Source: a virus
Virus record (IMG/VR): IMGVR_UViG_3300009183_000059
Location: 30,141-94,140 of that record
Strand: one strand, 5' to 3'
Length of the DNA stretch: 64,000 nucleotides
How positions within the stretch are numbered: the stretch's first letter is position 1; each line of letters begins with the position of its first letter. The translations under genes and the position numbers were made by a program. The notes beneath the pieces were generated by a model, which had not been told where the DNA came from, did no database searches, and saw only the letters and a program-made list of their open reading frames with translations. Positions 30,710 to 40,852 of the stretch are shown in pieces.

Positions 30710-31599
30710 TAACTGGATACTATGTAATTAAAGACGGAGACAAAGAGCTTTGCCGATCAAAAAACATAATTACAAACATTGGTAAAAGACATATTCTTAA
30801 CTATCTTGCGGACAAGGTTACCGATAGATCTAGATACATTGGAATTGGTATTGGGTCTGCAACGCCAACTTCTACAGACTATAAGCTTCAGTTTGAAATT
30901 AATAAGTATCAAGTATACACTTCAACTATAGACTATTCAAGCAATGTCATTATAATGAAAGCTCAGTTGCCCCTACAACTTGCAGCAACTATTAGCGAAC
31001 TTGCTTTATTCCCAGGAGTCTCTACTTCAAGAGCTGCCGAAGATAGAGTAATAACATTTTTTAACAACGATGCATCTTGGACAAATGGTTCATACATATC
31101 AGAATCCGCAAATTCTAAAATAAATAATACATCTTTTCAGATTCAATCATCTAATGGAGCTATAGTCACAGCAGCTTCTACAGACATTCCATTTGATGTA
31201 TCTGGGTATTCTACAGATGATTCTATATCAGTAGCATTTAAGCAAAATGATGCAAATCTTCAATACATAGATATATCTTTTTCTTCATCAGATACAGATT
31301 ACTATAAATACAGAATAAACGGAACCTCAGTCATAGGACACAGAATTGTAGAGGTGCCACTAGTAGATTTCTTTGCTAATCCAGTGGGTGATCCAAAAGA
31401 CTCTATAAGCAAGATTTCTATAACTGTAAAAGCAAATGCATCAACCTCAACATCCGTAGACTTTGATGGAATGAGAATAAATGATAATGATACTTATGTT
31501 CAAGAGACGGGAGCAATTAGTAGAGCTGCTTTGATTAACCCAATCGTAAAAGAGTTTGGAAGAATATTAGATTTAGAGTATAGGCTGGTGATTGCGTAG
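30706..31599 (+). CDS. Minor tail/baseplate-like protein
   Basis: N.IT..G...IL.YLA...IGIG.G...P...DY.L.FE motif typical of fibre-attachment proteins. Confidence 0.55.
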   Translation: MITGYYVIKDGDKELCRSKNIITNIGKRHILNYLADKVTDRSRYIGIGIGSATPTSTDYKLQFEINKYQVYTSTIDYSSNVIIMKAQLPLQLAATISELALFPGVSTSRAAEDRVITFFNNDASWTNGSYISESANSKINNTSFQIQSSNGAIVTAASTDIPFDVSGYSTDDSISVAFKQNDANLQYIDISFSSSDTDYYKYRINGTSVIGHRIVEVPLVDFFANPVGDPKDSISKISITVKANASTSTSVDFDGMRINDNDTYVQETGAISRAALINPIVKEFGRILDLEYRLVIA

Positions 31600-34007
31600 T
31601 GGGACTACAATCAGATAACTCATTATTTGCTGCACAAAAATCACAATCATTTAAAACTGCAAAGCTCACAGAAAGATCTCCTGGAAATGAGGAGAGATTA
31701 TTTGTAAGATATATTGGTAAAGATGAGAATGGTAACAAGGTAGTTGGTAATGTCTCTCCAGCTTTAGTGTTTACAAATATTGGAATTGAAACATTCAAAT
31801 ATGCAGTGGTGCCAACACTTACAGTAACCCCACAAGCATTTGGATACCTTGTTTCTTGGCCAGTTCCAAGCACAACTGATTATCCTAACTATAGATATAC
31901 TCAGATATATGAATCAAAAACACTTAATAATTTTGGCGTAAACGATTTATCAAACCCTGCTGTAGTATTAAAAGCAACAAGTTCTACAAACTCATACGTA
32001 GTTCCTACACTAGATCTTGATTTAAGATATATAAAAATTAGACATGCTGGTATATCGGGGTCACAAACTGCGTATAGTCCTTTGTCAGCAGCAGCCTCTG
32101 CAACACCAACAGATCCAGTCGCAGCAGCCTCTGATGGAGTACCTCCAGGTAATGTAACGGTTACGTCGGCGGTATGGTCTGGAGATAATGTGCTTATTTA
32201 TCTTACAATGCCATCAAATGATCTTTCTAAAAGATTTATTATAAGACTAACAAACGGATCTACATCTGGATATTTTTACAAATTTGCAAATGGAACATCA
32301 ACATCTCAAATACTAACTATAACAGCAGAAGAACTTTACACTGTTATGGGTCAGAGATTTACATCCTTTACTGGATTGTTACAGAGTGCTGATTCTGCAG
32401 ACAACATAAATACTGGAACTTCGTTTTCGGTTGCAGAAAAATCAAATCCTTTATCTGGGGTAGTTCCAACATTTACAGCGGCACCAATTGCAAATGGGTA
32501 TGCAGTTAATTACACTCTTCCTTCTGGAGCAACATCAGCAAAAGTATATGCAAGTGCAACATCTGGTTTTACTCCAAATGATTCTACAAACTTAGTATAC
32601 TCTGGAATTAGTCCAGCAGTAATTATTAATACATCGTTTACAACGCTATATATTAAGATTAAATATTTTGGTCTATCTTTAAACTCCTCTTCTGATTCAG
32701 CGCAGGTTGCAGTAAATGCTGTAGATGCAGGAGCTCTTTCATTAATTGATAACGAAGTTAAAATAAGCACCACAGGATCACTACTTGCTGGCGACTCAGC
32801 AATATCTGGTGGAAGAGCTATCTTTAATAAGACTGGTACATATTTCTACGATGCTGGCGGAAACCTAACATCACAATTATTAGCAGGAGCAGCAAACGGC
32901 TCACCAACATTTATAACTACAAATGCAAAAATAGCTAATTGGATGATATACGCAAATAAAATAGAAAATTCACTTATTCCTGGAGTAGTTAATCAGTATG
33001 CAGGACTTTCTCCAAATGGAACGTATGCGTTCTGGGCTGGATCTAATGTTGCTGGCGGAGATGCAAATGCAGATTTCTCTGTAACACAATCTGGAGCGGT
33101 AGTTGCTAAGAATATAAGTATTAGTGGTGGATCTCTAAATGTAGGTACAACAAATATTAGTGCAGTTAGCGGTAAGCTTACAGCAAGTGATGCAGAAATT
33201 ACTGGAAAAATAACAGCTTCATCTGGATCAATTACTGGAAACCTTGCACTTGGCGGCTCATTACATACTGGATCTTCTCCTTCTTCTGGAGACAGAGTTG
33301 TCTTTAACTCTGCAGGAATAGGAAGCTATGCCAATGGCGTATCATCACCACTATTTGAACTTACTGGAAATACTGGAAAAATCGGTGGATTCACAATTAA
33401 TTCCACTTCCCTTGCTACAAGTAGACTTACTATAGACTCAGCTAATCAAAAGATTGTATTCAATGGAGGGTTTACCCTCGATCAAGACAATGTTGCCTCT
33501 AGAACATTTACTGTTACAGATAGTTCTGGTTCTTCTAGCACAGAGCTTGATTCAGCAAACTCATTATACTCATCATCATCAGGAACTGGATCATCTACAA
33601 GTGCCTCTACAATATCATTAAAGCTTGATTCTGCAAATACAACAAATAGCCCTAAGATATCATTGAGTTCTGATTCATCAATTGGTGCTACAATATTATT
33701 AGAAAATTATGGAAACTCTTCTAAATCATCCATACAGCTTGCAGACGGAGGAATTGAATTTAATGTTGGTAAGACTGGTGCCGTAAAACTTACTGGCTTT
33801 ACAAATAGAGCACACTATTCTTATGGTTCTGGGTATTATGGAAGCGGAACTGAAGTAGCACAAATGCTTATGATAAAGTCAGATGGAAGTTTATCTACAG
33901 GAAGATCAATATTTAAATCTGGAACAAGTGAAACAAGCATAGTAACAAATGGAAGTCATGATCACGTAGGTCTCATTGGAGACTTAATATTTAGCACGTC
34001 AGATTAG
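31599..34007 (+). CDS. Tail fibre/minor tail protein with FN3-like N-terminal domains
   Basis: VYAS.TSGFTP...NLV FN3-like motif and ITG.ITA.SG.I.G beta-repeats. Confidence 0.65.
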   Translation: MGLQSDNSLFAAQKSQSFKTAKLTERSPGNEERLFVRYIGKDENGNKVVGNVSPALVFTNIGIETFKYAVVPTLTVTPQAFGYLVSWPVPSTTDYPNYRYTQIYESKTLNNFGVNDLSNPAVVLKATSSTNSYVVPTLDLDLRYIKIRHAGISGSQTAYSPLSAAASATPTDPVAAASDGVPPGNVTVTSAVWSGDNVLIYLTMPSNDLSKRFIIRLTNGSTSGYFYKFANGTSTSQILTITAEELYTVMGQRFTSFTGLLQSADSADNINTGTSFSVAEKSNPLSGVVPTFTAAPIANGYAVNYTLPSGATSAKVYASATSGFTPNDSTNLVYSGISPAVIINTSFTTLYIKIKYFGLSLNSSSDSAQVAVNAVDAGALSLIDNEVKISTTGSLLAGDSAISGGRAIFNKTGTYFYDAGGNLTSQLLAGAANGSPTFITTNAKIANWMIYANKIENSLIPGVVNQYAGLSPNGTYAFWAGSNVAGGDANADFSVTQSGAVVAKNISISGGSLNVGTTNISAVSGKLTASDAEITGKITASSGSITGNLALGGSLHTGSSPSSGDRVVFNSAGIGSYANGVSSPLFELTGNTGKIGGFTINSTSLATSRLTIDSANQKIVFNGGFTLDQDNVASRTFTVTDSSGSSSTELDSANSLYSSSSGTGSSTSASTISLKLDSANTTNSPKISLSSDSSIGATILLENYGNSSKSSIQLADGGIEFNVGKTGAVKLTGFTNRAHYSYGSGYYGSGTEVAQMLMIKSDGSLSTGRSIFKSGTSETSIVTNGSHDHVGLIGDLIFSTSD

Positions 34008-34019
34008 TTAGGAATAGGT

Positions 34020-37000
34020 ATGGCTGGCAAAAGTTATATAAAGACTGGGTACTATACCTGGACAAAAATAAAGAAAGTCTATCTTAAGACTGGTGCAACA
34101 ACATGGACTGCTGTAAGAAAGGCATACCTTAAAACTGGCTCAGCTACCTGGAAAAAGGTATTTGATACTAGTAGTAATAGACCATTTATTGAGAATAATG
34201 ATTATCCAAAAATTAGGCTTAATACATATAGGTCTACTAGCGTTTCTGGAGTTCAACCACCAGTAGCCGCCCCACCAGTTCAATTTATTGGACCAAGATC
34301 TGGTGGAACTAAGGGTACTTCAACTCCATCTCCAACAACTGGATTTGCTGGCGGAGACGGTCTGGGTTCATATCTTTGGGGATATGATGGAGACTGGTTT
34401 CCAAATAGTGGAGTTGTATTTACTTACGACTGGTTTTGGGCAAATACAGCTAGTGCAGATGATGCAACTGCCTCATACACTCCAGCCACATCTTCTGGCG
34501 CAGACGATAAGATTTCAAATGTAAATGCAAATTTAGGGTGGCTTGTTAACAATGAACCTAATGGCGTGTGGTTATATTTTAGAGTAAATGCCTCAAATGC
34601 TTCTGGTGTTGCAAGAGCAGTAAGTACTCCAGTTAGACTTATAAGACAAGAGCCATCAGCAAGCACATGGTCAATGGTATCTGCAGCATCATCGTCACTA
34701 AATACGCCAAAGTTTGTAAGTACATCTATTAGCAATTTGTGGTATGACGCACCACATTTCTATGAATCAAAAGTGGAATGGTTCTCAGAATCTTCAAATA
34801 CAAACCCATCCCTCAATGCCACTACCCTTGTAAAAACACAAACTGTAGGATCATTTGCTTCCAATAGGACTGAAATTGATGGAACTGCAATTACACAGCA
34901 GCCAAGCTATACCCCAGTAAATGTTAACTCTTTAGGCTACTCCGATGCAGACAAATATATAATTGCAAAACTTACTCTTATAAATAGTTATACAAAATAT
35001 AACAATGATCCACAAATATATTTTACAAGTACATCAGTCCCAGTAGGACAAGTAAGAACCATTACCCCACAATGGAATGATTATATATATGTGTCTACAA
35101 ACGGATACATAGGACTTGCAGGCTCTACTGGAAATACTGGACTTAATGATACTGGAACACAGGGGCATGTAGTTAGCTTTTTGAACAAAGATTTAAAACA
35201 AATTAGCTTAAAATATAAAGCAACTGCTACAGAATACATAGTTGATTGGTCTGGAAAAATTTATGATGTTGCTAGCAATACAGTAACATATAGATATCAG
35301 GCAATATTTTATCCAGGTCAAAATTATGTAGATTTTCATGTTATAACTAATGGCGGAGGAACTTCTGGAAATGCGTATCTTTATAATGGTGCACAGCAAG
35401 TACCATGGGGAGCATCAAAGCCAACTGGATCTGCTTATAGGATATATCTTACAAGCGGTGTAGCATTTCAATCAATAACATACAGTCCTGTATCGACTAC
35501 AACTGGTTTTACTTCTGTCACCACACAAGATCAGGTAGATGATGGAGCAACAACACTACAACTAATTCAGGGAGTGTCAAAGCCAACAATTATCTCACAA
35601 CCATCTTGGCAATTATTAAGTGGTAACGCTAATAAAATTGGATCTGTATATAGATTATCCGTAGGTAGTTGGGCAAACTCTCCCACATCTTATGAAATGC
35701 ACCTTTATAGAAATGATCAGGCAGGATATGACACTTCTGGTTTTCCAATAACATTGAATTCTAGTCAAACATATTATGACTGGACGGCAACATCAAGCAA
35801 CGTTTCTTTATCATTATCTGTATATGCAACTAATTCAGCTGGAACAAGCGACATATCTACAGCAACAACAAGCATTGGGCCATTTACTGCTAATTTAGCA
35901 GCACCAACACCAACATCAGTAACTTGGGATGGAACTAAATTTAAAATATATTCTGAAGGTGGCGATGGGCCATATTATCAAATGTGGTATTCGACTGGAA
36001 CATCACAACCAGACTCTGCAACAAATGGCTATGATTATTCTGAAATTGCACCTAGTCCAATTACATTTACGCCATCATTTACACCAAGTACTGGTTCCAC
36101 ATATAATTTTTGGCTAAGGTCTGCAACATCTTTAACAGCAACATCATATAATGTTAATATGGGTCAATATAGTCAAAATTATGTTTCAGTAACAATACCT
36201 GGTCCAAGTGCATTTTCAATGAACATATATGATAGTACAGTAACTCCAAATGGACCGAATTCCATAACCATAACACAATCATCAAATACATTAAATTTTG
36301 ATTGGGCCGATGAAGCAGCTGCAACAGGTGGATGGTATAGCTCTATATCTGGTGGAACACAGGGTGCAAGAAATAATATAAGAACTGTTTCGTATGATTT
36401 TTGGTCTGTAACAGCAAATACTTATTACTCTGGACAGGTATATGCAATAAATACATCAAAACAAGTTACTATGGATTGGTCTGGTGGAACTGGAGCAAAT
36501 AGCTGGACTTTATATTATGATATAAATGGTGGAACAACTCAAACCCTTAACACAACGTCAACTAGCTTTACAATATCTACTACTGGCGCAGTAAGAGTTT
36601 TAGGTATCAGAGCATTTGCAAATTCAAATTATACTGGTGCTTATAGGGATGGCTCATACAATAGCTCATTATATATAACTCCAACAAATAAAAATTCTGC
36701 TATTACATATTGGTCAACAACTTACGTGCCAGTAACTACATATGGTGCTTGCGATGTTGTAAATGGAACAAGTTATGGATCATATTATGATGATTGTAGT
36801 GGTCAGCTATACAGACAATGTAGATCAACAACTACATCATATAAAAGAATTATATATATAGATGGAACAAACAGCGGAACTTATGATACTTCTGGATGTA
36901 CTACAACCACGTCTGGCACAGATTGTGGTTCTTATAGCTATACAAATGGTAAATGTGGATACACACTAACTTGCACCGCATCTTGCGGAACGTATAGCGC

Positions 37001-37313
37001 ATATGGAGCATATGGTCCATATACTGCATACGGGGCATGCTACTCTACTGGAGCAACTGCTCAAAAAGATAGATCAAGAGAAAGGTGTAGGACAAGAACT
37101 TGCATTGCTACCGATTGCAGCAGTTATGTTCAGACCTCGTGTGAGACACAGGTTCAGTCTACAGCCTGTACTGTTACAAGGTGGATCTGTAATAGCTTTG
37201 ATTATTCTAACTCAACTAGCGCTAACTATCAATGGTGTTTGACCCCAGGCGGCGGAGACTGTAATGCAAGATTTAACTCTGCTGGAACAAGGTCCTCGTG
37301 TGCCTTCTCATAA
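34020..37313 (+). CDS. Large adhesin-like tail protein (Ig/FN3-like domains, Cys-rich C-terminus)
   Basis: Triple YxKTGxxTW N-terminal repeat, Ig-like G.W...PTSY motifs, and 18 Cys in the last ~187 aa. Confidence 0.6.
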   Translation: MAGKSYIKTGYYTWTKIKKVYLKTGATTWTAVRKAYLKTGSATWKKVFDTSSNRPFIENNDYPKIRLNTYRSTSVSGVQPPVAAPPVQFIGPRSGGTKGTSTPSPTTGFAGGDGLGSYLWGYDGDWFPNSGVVFTYDWFWANTASADDATASYTPATSSGADDKISNVNANLGWLVNNEPNGVWLYFRVNASNASGVARAVSTPVRLIRQEPSASTWSMVSAASSSLNTPKFVSTSISNLWYDAPHFYESKVEWFSESSNTNPSLNATTLVKTQTVGSFASNRTEIDGTAITQQPSYTPVNVNSLGYSDADKYIIAKLTLINSYTKYNNDPQIYFTSTSVPVGQVRTITPQWNDYIYVSTNGYIGLAGSTGNTGLNDTGTQGHVVSFLNKDLKQISLKYKATATEYIVDWSGKIYDVASNTVTYRYQAIFYPGQNYVDFHVITNGGGTSGNAYLYNGAQQVPWGASKPTGSAYRIYLTSGVAFQSITYSPVSTTTGFTSVTTQDQVDDGATTLQLIQGVSKPTIISQPSWQLLSGNANKIGSVYRLSVGSWANSPTSYEMHLYRNDQAGYDTSGFPITLNSSQTYYDWTATSSNVSLSLSVYATNSAGTSDISTATTSIGPFTANLAAPTPTSVTWDGTKFKIYSEGGDGPYYQMWYSTGTSQPDSATNGYDYSEIAPSPITFTPSFTPSTGSTYNFWLRSATSLTATSYNVNMGQYSQNYVSVTIPGPSAFSMNIYDSTVTPNGPNSITITQSSNTLNFDWADEAAATGGWYSSISGGTQGARNNIRTVSYDFWSVTANTYYSGQVYAINTSKQVTMDWSGGTGANSWTLYYDINGGTTQTLNTTSTSFTISTTGAVRVLGIRAFANSNYTGAYRDGSYNSSLYITPTNKNSAITYWSTTYVPVTTYGACDVVNGTSYGSYYDDCSGQLYRQCRSTTTSYKRIIYIDGTNSGTYDTSGCTTTTSGTDCGSYSYTNGKCGYTLTCTASCGTYSAYGAYGPYTAYGACYSTGATAQKDRSRERCRTRTCIATDCSSYVQTSCETQVQSTACTVTRWICNSFDYSNSTSANYQWCLTPGGGDCNARFNSAGTRSSCAFS

Positions 37314-37315
37314 CC

Positions 37316-37344
37316 TTGACAGCCTTAGCGCATATTGATATAAT
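37316..37344 (+). promoter_or_regulatory. Consensus sigma70 promoter, leaderless
   Basis: TTGACA-17 nt-TATAAT, with the ATG 6 nt downstream. Confidence 0.85.
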
Positions 37345-37350
37345 ATAAAT

Positions 37351-37740
37351 ATGATAATTATTAATTTTGATACCGTACACTGGTCTTCTGCTGGAGTTAA
37401 ATTAGATAAGGTTGCTTCTGGAATAGAAGGCTCAGCCACATGTTTAATTATAAATAATAAGATTGTTAAAATTATTCCTATTGATCTAGATTTTCATAAT
37501 ATTTTATGTGAGGCAACAGAATTTAAAGAAGGACAGGAAAAATACGACATATATCCTGTAGAAATATTAAGGCCAGGAAAAGAAAAAATATTACTTTTGT
37601 GCGATGAAATGCTACAAGCAATATTGCTTTCAAATCCAATCATTGCCAGGATAGAAGAACATCATAAATATAAAGAATTAGTTATGACTGGATGGTCATA
37701 TATTGACGGGGAATTTGTCATTCCTGGAGAGATGGAATAA
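37351..37740 (+). CDS. Hypothetical protein
   Basis: AILLSNP.I...GW.Y..GEF..P; coupled to the next gene by TAATG. Confidence 0.7.
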   Translation: MIIINFDTVHWSSAGVKLDKVASGIEGSATCLIINNKIVKIIPIDLDFHNILCEATEFKEGQEKYDIYPVEILRPGKEKILLLCDEMLQAILLSNPIIARIEEHHKYKELVMTGWSYIDGEFVIPGEME

Positions 37741-38018
37741 TGTCAAAAACAAAGTGGGACCTATGGCTTGAAAAAAATCATCAGCCAGAAGAAATAAACG
37801 TAGAAGAGGTTAGAAATACTCCAAAGCCCGTCAGACCTTGGGATATGTTAAAAACTTCAACGGAGATGGCTTCAGATGAGCTTCAGGAAAAGAGATACTC
37901 TATTTGCAAAGCTTGCCCAAAATTCATAAATTCCACATCTCAGTGCAGAGAGTGTGGGTGCTTTATGGCAATGAAAACATCATTATTGCAGGCTACCTGC
38001 CCACTGAATAAGTGGTAG
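37740..38018 (+). CDS. Small Cys-cluster protein (CxxC...CxxCGC...CP..KW)
   Basis: RYSICKACP...QCRECGCFM..KT.L..ATCP..KW. Confidence 0.75.
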   Translation: MSKTKWDLWLEKNHQPEEINVEEVRNTPKPVRPWDMLKTSTEMASDELQEKRYSICKACPKFINSTSQCRECGCFMAMKTSLLQATCPLNKW

Positions 38019-38045
38019 TGTGGTATATTTAGACAAGGAGATAAA

Positions 38046-38264
38046 ATGACAGAATCATTAGTTACAAATGAAGAGAAGTTAGTCCTAATAAATGATAGGA
38101 TAAAGACACTCCAATATTTTTTATATGAGGTAGAGTTGGGGCTGGCAGAAGAAAATGCTGGATCTTCACCTAGCCCAGAAAAGATTTCTGACCTAAATGA
38201 CCAAAAGGCTGATTTAGAGTCTAAGATTGATGCAATGAAGGCAAAAAAAGCTATCATTGTATGA
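38046..38264 (+). CDS. Small coiled-coil protein
   Basis: AAGGAG SD; paralogue of 38302..38529. Confidence 0.7.
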   Translation: MTESLVTNEEKLVLINDRIKTLQYFLYEVELGLAEENAGSSPSPEKISDLNDQKADLESKIDAMKAKKAIIV

Positions 38265-38301
38265 TTATTGATAGAATGATATAATATACAAGGAGGAAAT
38301 A

Positions 38302-38529
38302 ATGCCAACAACAACTACAACATTATCAAATGCTGACAAATTAAACATAATTGATCAGCACATTAAGGGCCTAGAATTTGCAATCTATGGCTTTGAGCTA
38401 GACATGATTGAGGCAACAGCCGTATCAGATACTTCAGCTGACACAATTGCTGGTATCACAGCAAGACTTACCTCATTAAATGCAAAAAAGACAGCGCTTC
38501 TTGCAGAAGCAGAAACCCTAGCAGAATAG
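38302..38529 (+). CDS. Small coiled-coil protein
   Basis: AAGGAGG SD; TGATATAAT at 38277. Confidence 0.7.
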   Translation: MPTTTTTLSNADKLNIIDQHIKGLEFAIYGFELDMIEATAVSDTSADTIAGITARLTSLNAKKTALLAEAETLAE

Positions 38530-38536
38530 GAATACC

Positions 38537-38752
38537 ATGGCAGACAAAGCGGAACTAATAATTTCCGCCCTACAGCAACGCATTGGAGAAATCGTATCTA
38601 ACTACGAGACTCAAGTAGCATTTTTAAGGGCAGAGATTACAGAGCTAATAGAGCAAAAACAGAATTGGAGCAAAGATATAAATGAGTATTCTAACTCGCT
38701 TCTTGAAAAAATCTCAGATCCAGCAGACGCAGACCTATTTACTCAGGAGTAA
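38537..38752 (+). CDS. Small coiled-coil hypothetical protein
   Basis: ORF with an ALQQRIGE...YE...A.LRAEIT helix. Confidence 0.65.
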   Translation: MADKAELIISALQQRIGEIVSNYETQVAFLRAEITELIEQKQNWSKDINEYSNSLLEKISDPADADLFTQE

Positions 38753-39110
38753 AGCATATTCAATTTCTGGTTTATTTTATAAAACAGAAAAAGGATATTT
38801 TTATATAAAATCTGGGAAAAGATATAAGGTCTACTCAGAGAGATGCCTTCAGTCCTGGTCCTCAAAGGTAATAGACATTGAATTTTCAAACCTTTCTCAC
38901 ATCCCATACGCAGGTATCCTTGGATTTAGAGACGGAACTATTATTCATAACGTGGCAGATGGTAAAATATATATAGTGTCTGACAATAAAAAGCTTCACA
39001 TAAAGACTCCAGATGCCTTTCCAGAGGGCTGGATAGAGGCAAATAAAGTTACTGTCAGCGATACAGAAATTGATCTGCATAAAGAAGGGGTAGCAATAAA
39101 TGAAAGTTGA
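38682..39110 (+). CDS. Hypothetical protein
   Basis: ORF with LGFRDGT.I....DGKIY. Confidence 0.6.
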   Translation: MSILTRFLKKSQIQQTQTYLLRSKAYSISGLFYKTEKGYFYIKSGKRYKVYSERCLQSWSSKVIDIEFSNLSHIPYAGILGFRDGTIIHNVADGKIYIVSDNKKLHIKTPDAFPEGWIEANKVTVSDTEIDLHKEGVAINES

Positions 39111-39564
39111 TGTTCAAGAGTTTAGTGCAAACAGTGCTTTGGACTATGCAGACCTTAATAAATTAGTATTAGCAATAAAGACGCTGGCTGCAGCAATGCC
39201 AACAGTTACAACTCCTGTTCCATCTGCTGGATCACCAACAGCAACTGTCACAAATGCCGCTCCATCATTTTTAACTGGAGGATATACTGTATCAAATGCA
39301 ATTCCAGTTAGTAGTACTAATACTGGTTCTCCATTTACAGTTCCATTTCAACGTGATGGCAAGCCAGTAACTTTTTCGTCTCCTCCTTTTGTAGTTGCTT
39401 GGGCCTCTACTGGAGGAAATACTACTAGTGGTTTAGCTGTTGTAAATAAAGCTGGAAATGCTACAACTACAGGATTTAATATAAGAGTTGGATGGGTTGG
39501 AAGAGCTAAGTCTGGAAATGTTGGCATAAGTTACCTTGCAATAGGTAACGAAATAAAATCATAA
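39100..39564 (+). CDS. Small fibre-like protein with an H-type-lectin-like C-terminus
   Basis: V.F..PP.VV...TTTGF.....SYLAIG pattern. Confidence 0.5.
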   Translation: MKVDVQEFSANSALDYADLNKLVLAIKTLAAAMPTVTTPVPSAGSPTATVTNAAPSFLTGGYTVSNAIPVSSTNTGSPFTVPFQRDGKPVTFSSPPFVVAWASTGGNTTSGLAVVNKAGNATTTGFNIRVGWVGRAKSGNVGISYLAIGNEIKS

Positions 39565-39605
39565 TCTTTGTAATATTCAAATTTTTATAGTATAATAGTT
39601 ATAGT

Positions 39606-39881
39606 ATGACACGGTATCAGCCGATTAAAAGCTGGCATCAAAGAAATACTATGATTAGTCGTAATGGATATATCTTAGTATGGGTGCCAGAACATCCCAA
39701 AGCCTTCGCAGGAGGCTGGTATTATGAACACGTTTTAGTAATAGAGAAAGAGATGGATAGAATGGTTAAGACTAATGAAACTATTCATCATATAGACGAA
39801 GATAAAACAAATAATCAGACATATAATCTTTTTATATGTTCAAGAAAAGAACACGATAAAGCACACAAACAATGTGCTTGA
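39606..39881 (+). CDS. HNH endonuclease
   Basis: EHVLV.E....R......HHIDEDKTNN...NL....EH. Confidence 0.8.
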   Translation: MTRYQPIKSWHQRNTMISRNGYILVWVPEHPKAFAGGWYYEHVLVIEKEMDRMVKTNETIHHIDEDKTNNQTYNLFICSRKEHDKAHKQCA

Positions 39882-39906
39882 CATAATAGAAACAATAGAT
39901 TATTAT
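39878..39906 (+). promoter_or_regulatory. Sigma70 promoter
   Basis: TTGACA-17 nt-TATTAT. Confidence 0.7.
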
Positions 39907-39956
39907 TAAATAAAGGCGACGAAGAGTCGTCTTTCTACATATATGAACGGATTTTT

Positions 39957-40781
39957 ATGACACAGGCAAAGAATGACCTTAAATGGATGCTCTCATCAGA
40001 TCAACAGTTTCCATATCAAGATGATAAGATGATAGAGCTTTGGTTTAAGGTGATGAAGTGGTTTAAGCCAGACGTTGTAGATTACCTTGGAGATACAGAT
40101 GACCAGGCATGCTACAGCAAATACACTGAAGGCAAGCCAACAGAATTTTTAAAAGCATACAAGAACGATGATGTCACTAATGATTTAGAGTTAATGATCA
40201 AGGACATGAGAATCGAAGCAAGCGGAGCAAGAGAGTTTTATGCTAAGACAAGAAAGATTGCTCCAAAGGCACAGCTTTTCTCTGCTCTAGGAAACCATGA
40301 TATTAGAATATTTGATTACTTAGATAAAAAGATTCCAGAGTATGCAAAGCATGTTACTCCAGAAGCCCTATGGAGTCTAGATTCTTTGGGTTACGATTAT
40401 ATTTATTATGATAGCCTTCCAAGAAGACGCTTTGGAGATATTCACGTTCATCACGGTATGTCAATTGCTGCAGGCGGTGCAGTCAGAAAAGATATGGAAG
40501 ATATGCAGGTATCCTTGATTAGAGGACACTCTCATAGAATTGCTTCTCATATGGTTACTTATGAACTAAGAAATAATGGAGAAGGTGAAACTCTTCGTGG
40601 ATATGAAATTGGTCACATGTGTGATGAAAAGGGTCCAGGAATGAAGTATACTCAACACCATGACTGGCAAAAGGGATTTGCCATTGCTCATATTGAAAAT
40701 GGAAACTATCCACACATTCAGATGATTCACGTTTCACCAGACTACACTTGTGTAGTTGACGGAAAGAAATTCACACTATAG
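39957..40781 (+). CDS. Calcineurin-like metallophosphoesterase
   Basis: SDxQ, LGD..D, GNHD, HHG and GHSH motifs. Confidence 0.85.
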   Translation: MTQAKNDLKWMLSSDQQFPYQDDKMIELWFKVMKWFKPDVVDYLGDTDDQACYSKYTEGKPTEFLKAYKNDDVTNDLELMIKDMRIEASGAREFYAKTRKIAPKAQLFSALGNHDIRIFDYLDKKIPEYAKHVTPEALWSLDSLGYDYIYYDSLPRRRFGDIHVHHGMSIAAGGAVRKDMEDMQVSLIRGHSHRIASHMVTYELRNNGEGETLRGYEIGHMCDEKGPGMKYTQHHDWQKGFAIAHIENGNYPHIQMIHVSPDYTCVVDGKKFTL

Positions 40782-40852
40782 AATTCGTAGCAAAACTACG
40801 ATAGTAAGAAAATACTCTAGTAATAGAGTACAAACAGTATAAGGAGAAAAAC

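Noticed and set aside
5402-37313. Diversity-generating retroelement acting on adhesins
   Set aside because: There is no reverse transcriptase, and I saw no near-identical repeat pair differing only at adenines. The paralogues differ at all base types.
39606-39881. HNH gene as an intron-encoded mobile element
   Set aside because: It is free-standing between intact genes with no interrupted host gene; mobility cannot be shown from the sequence.
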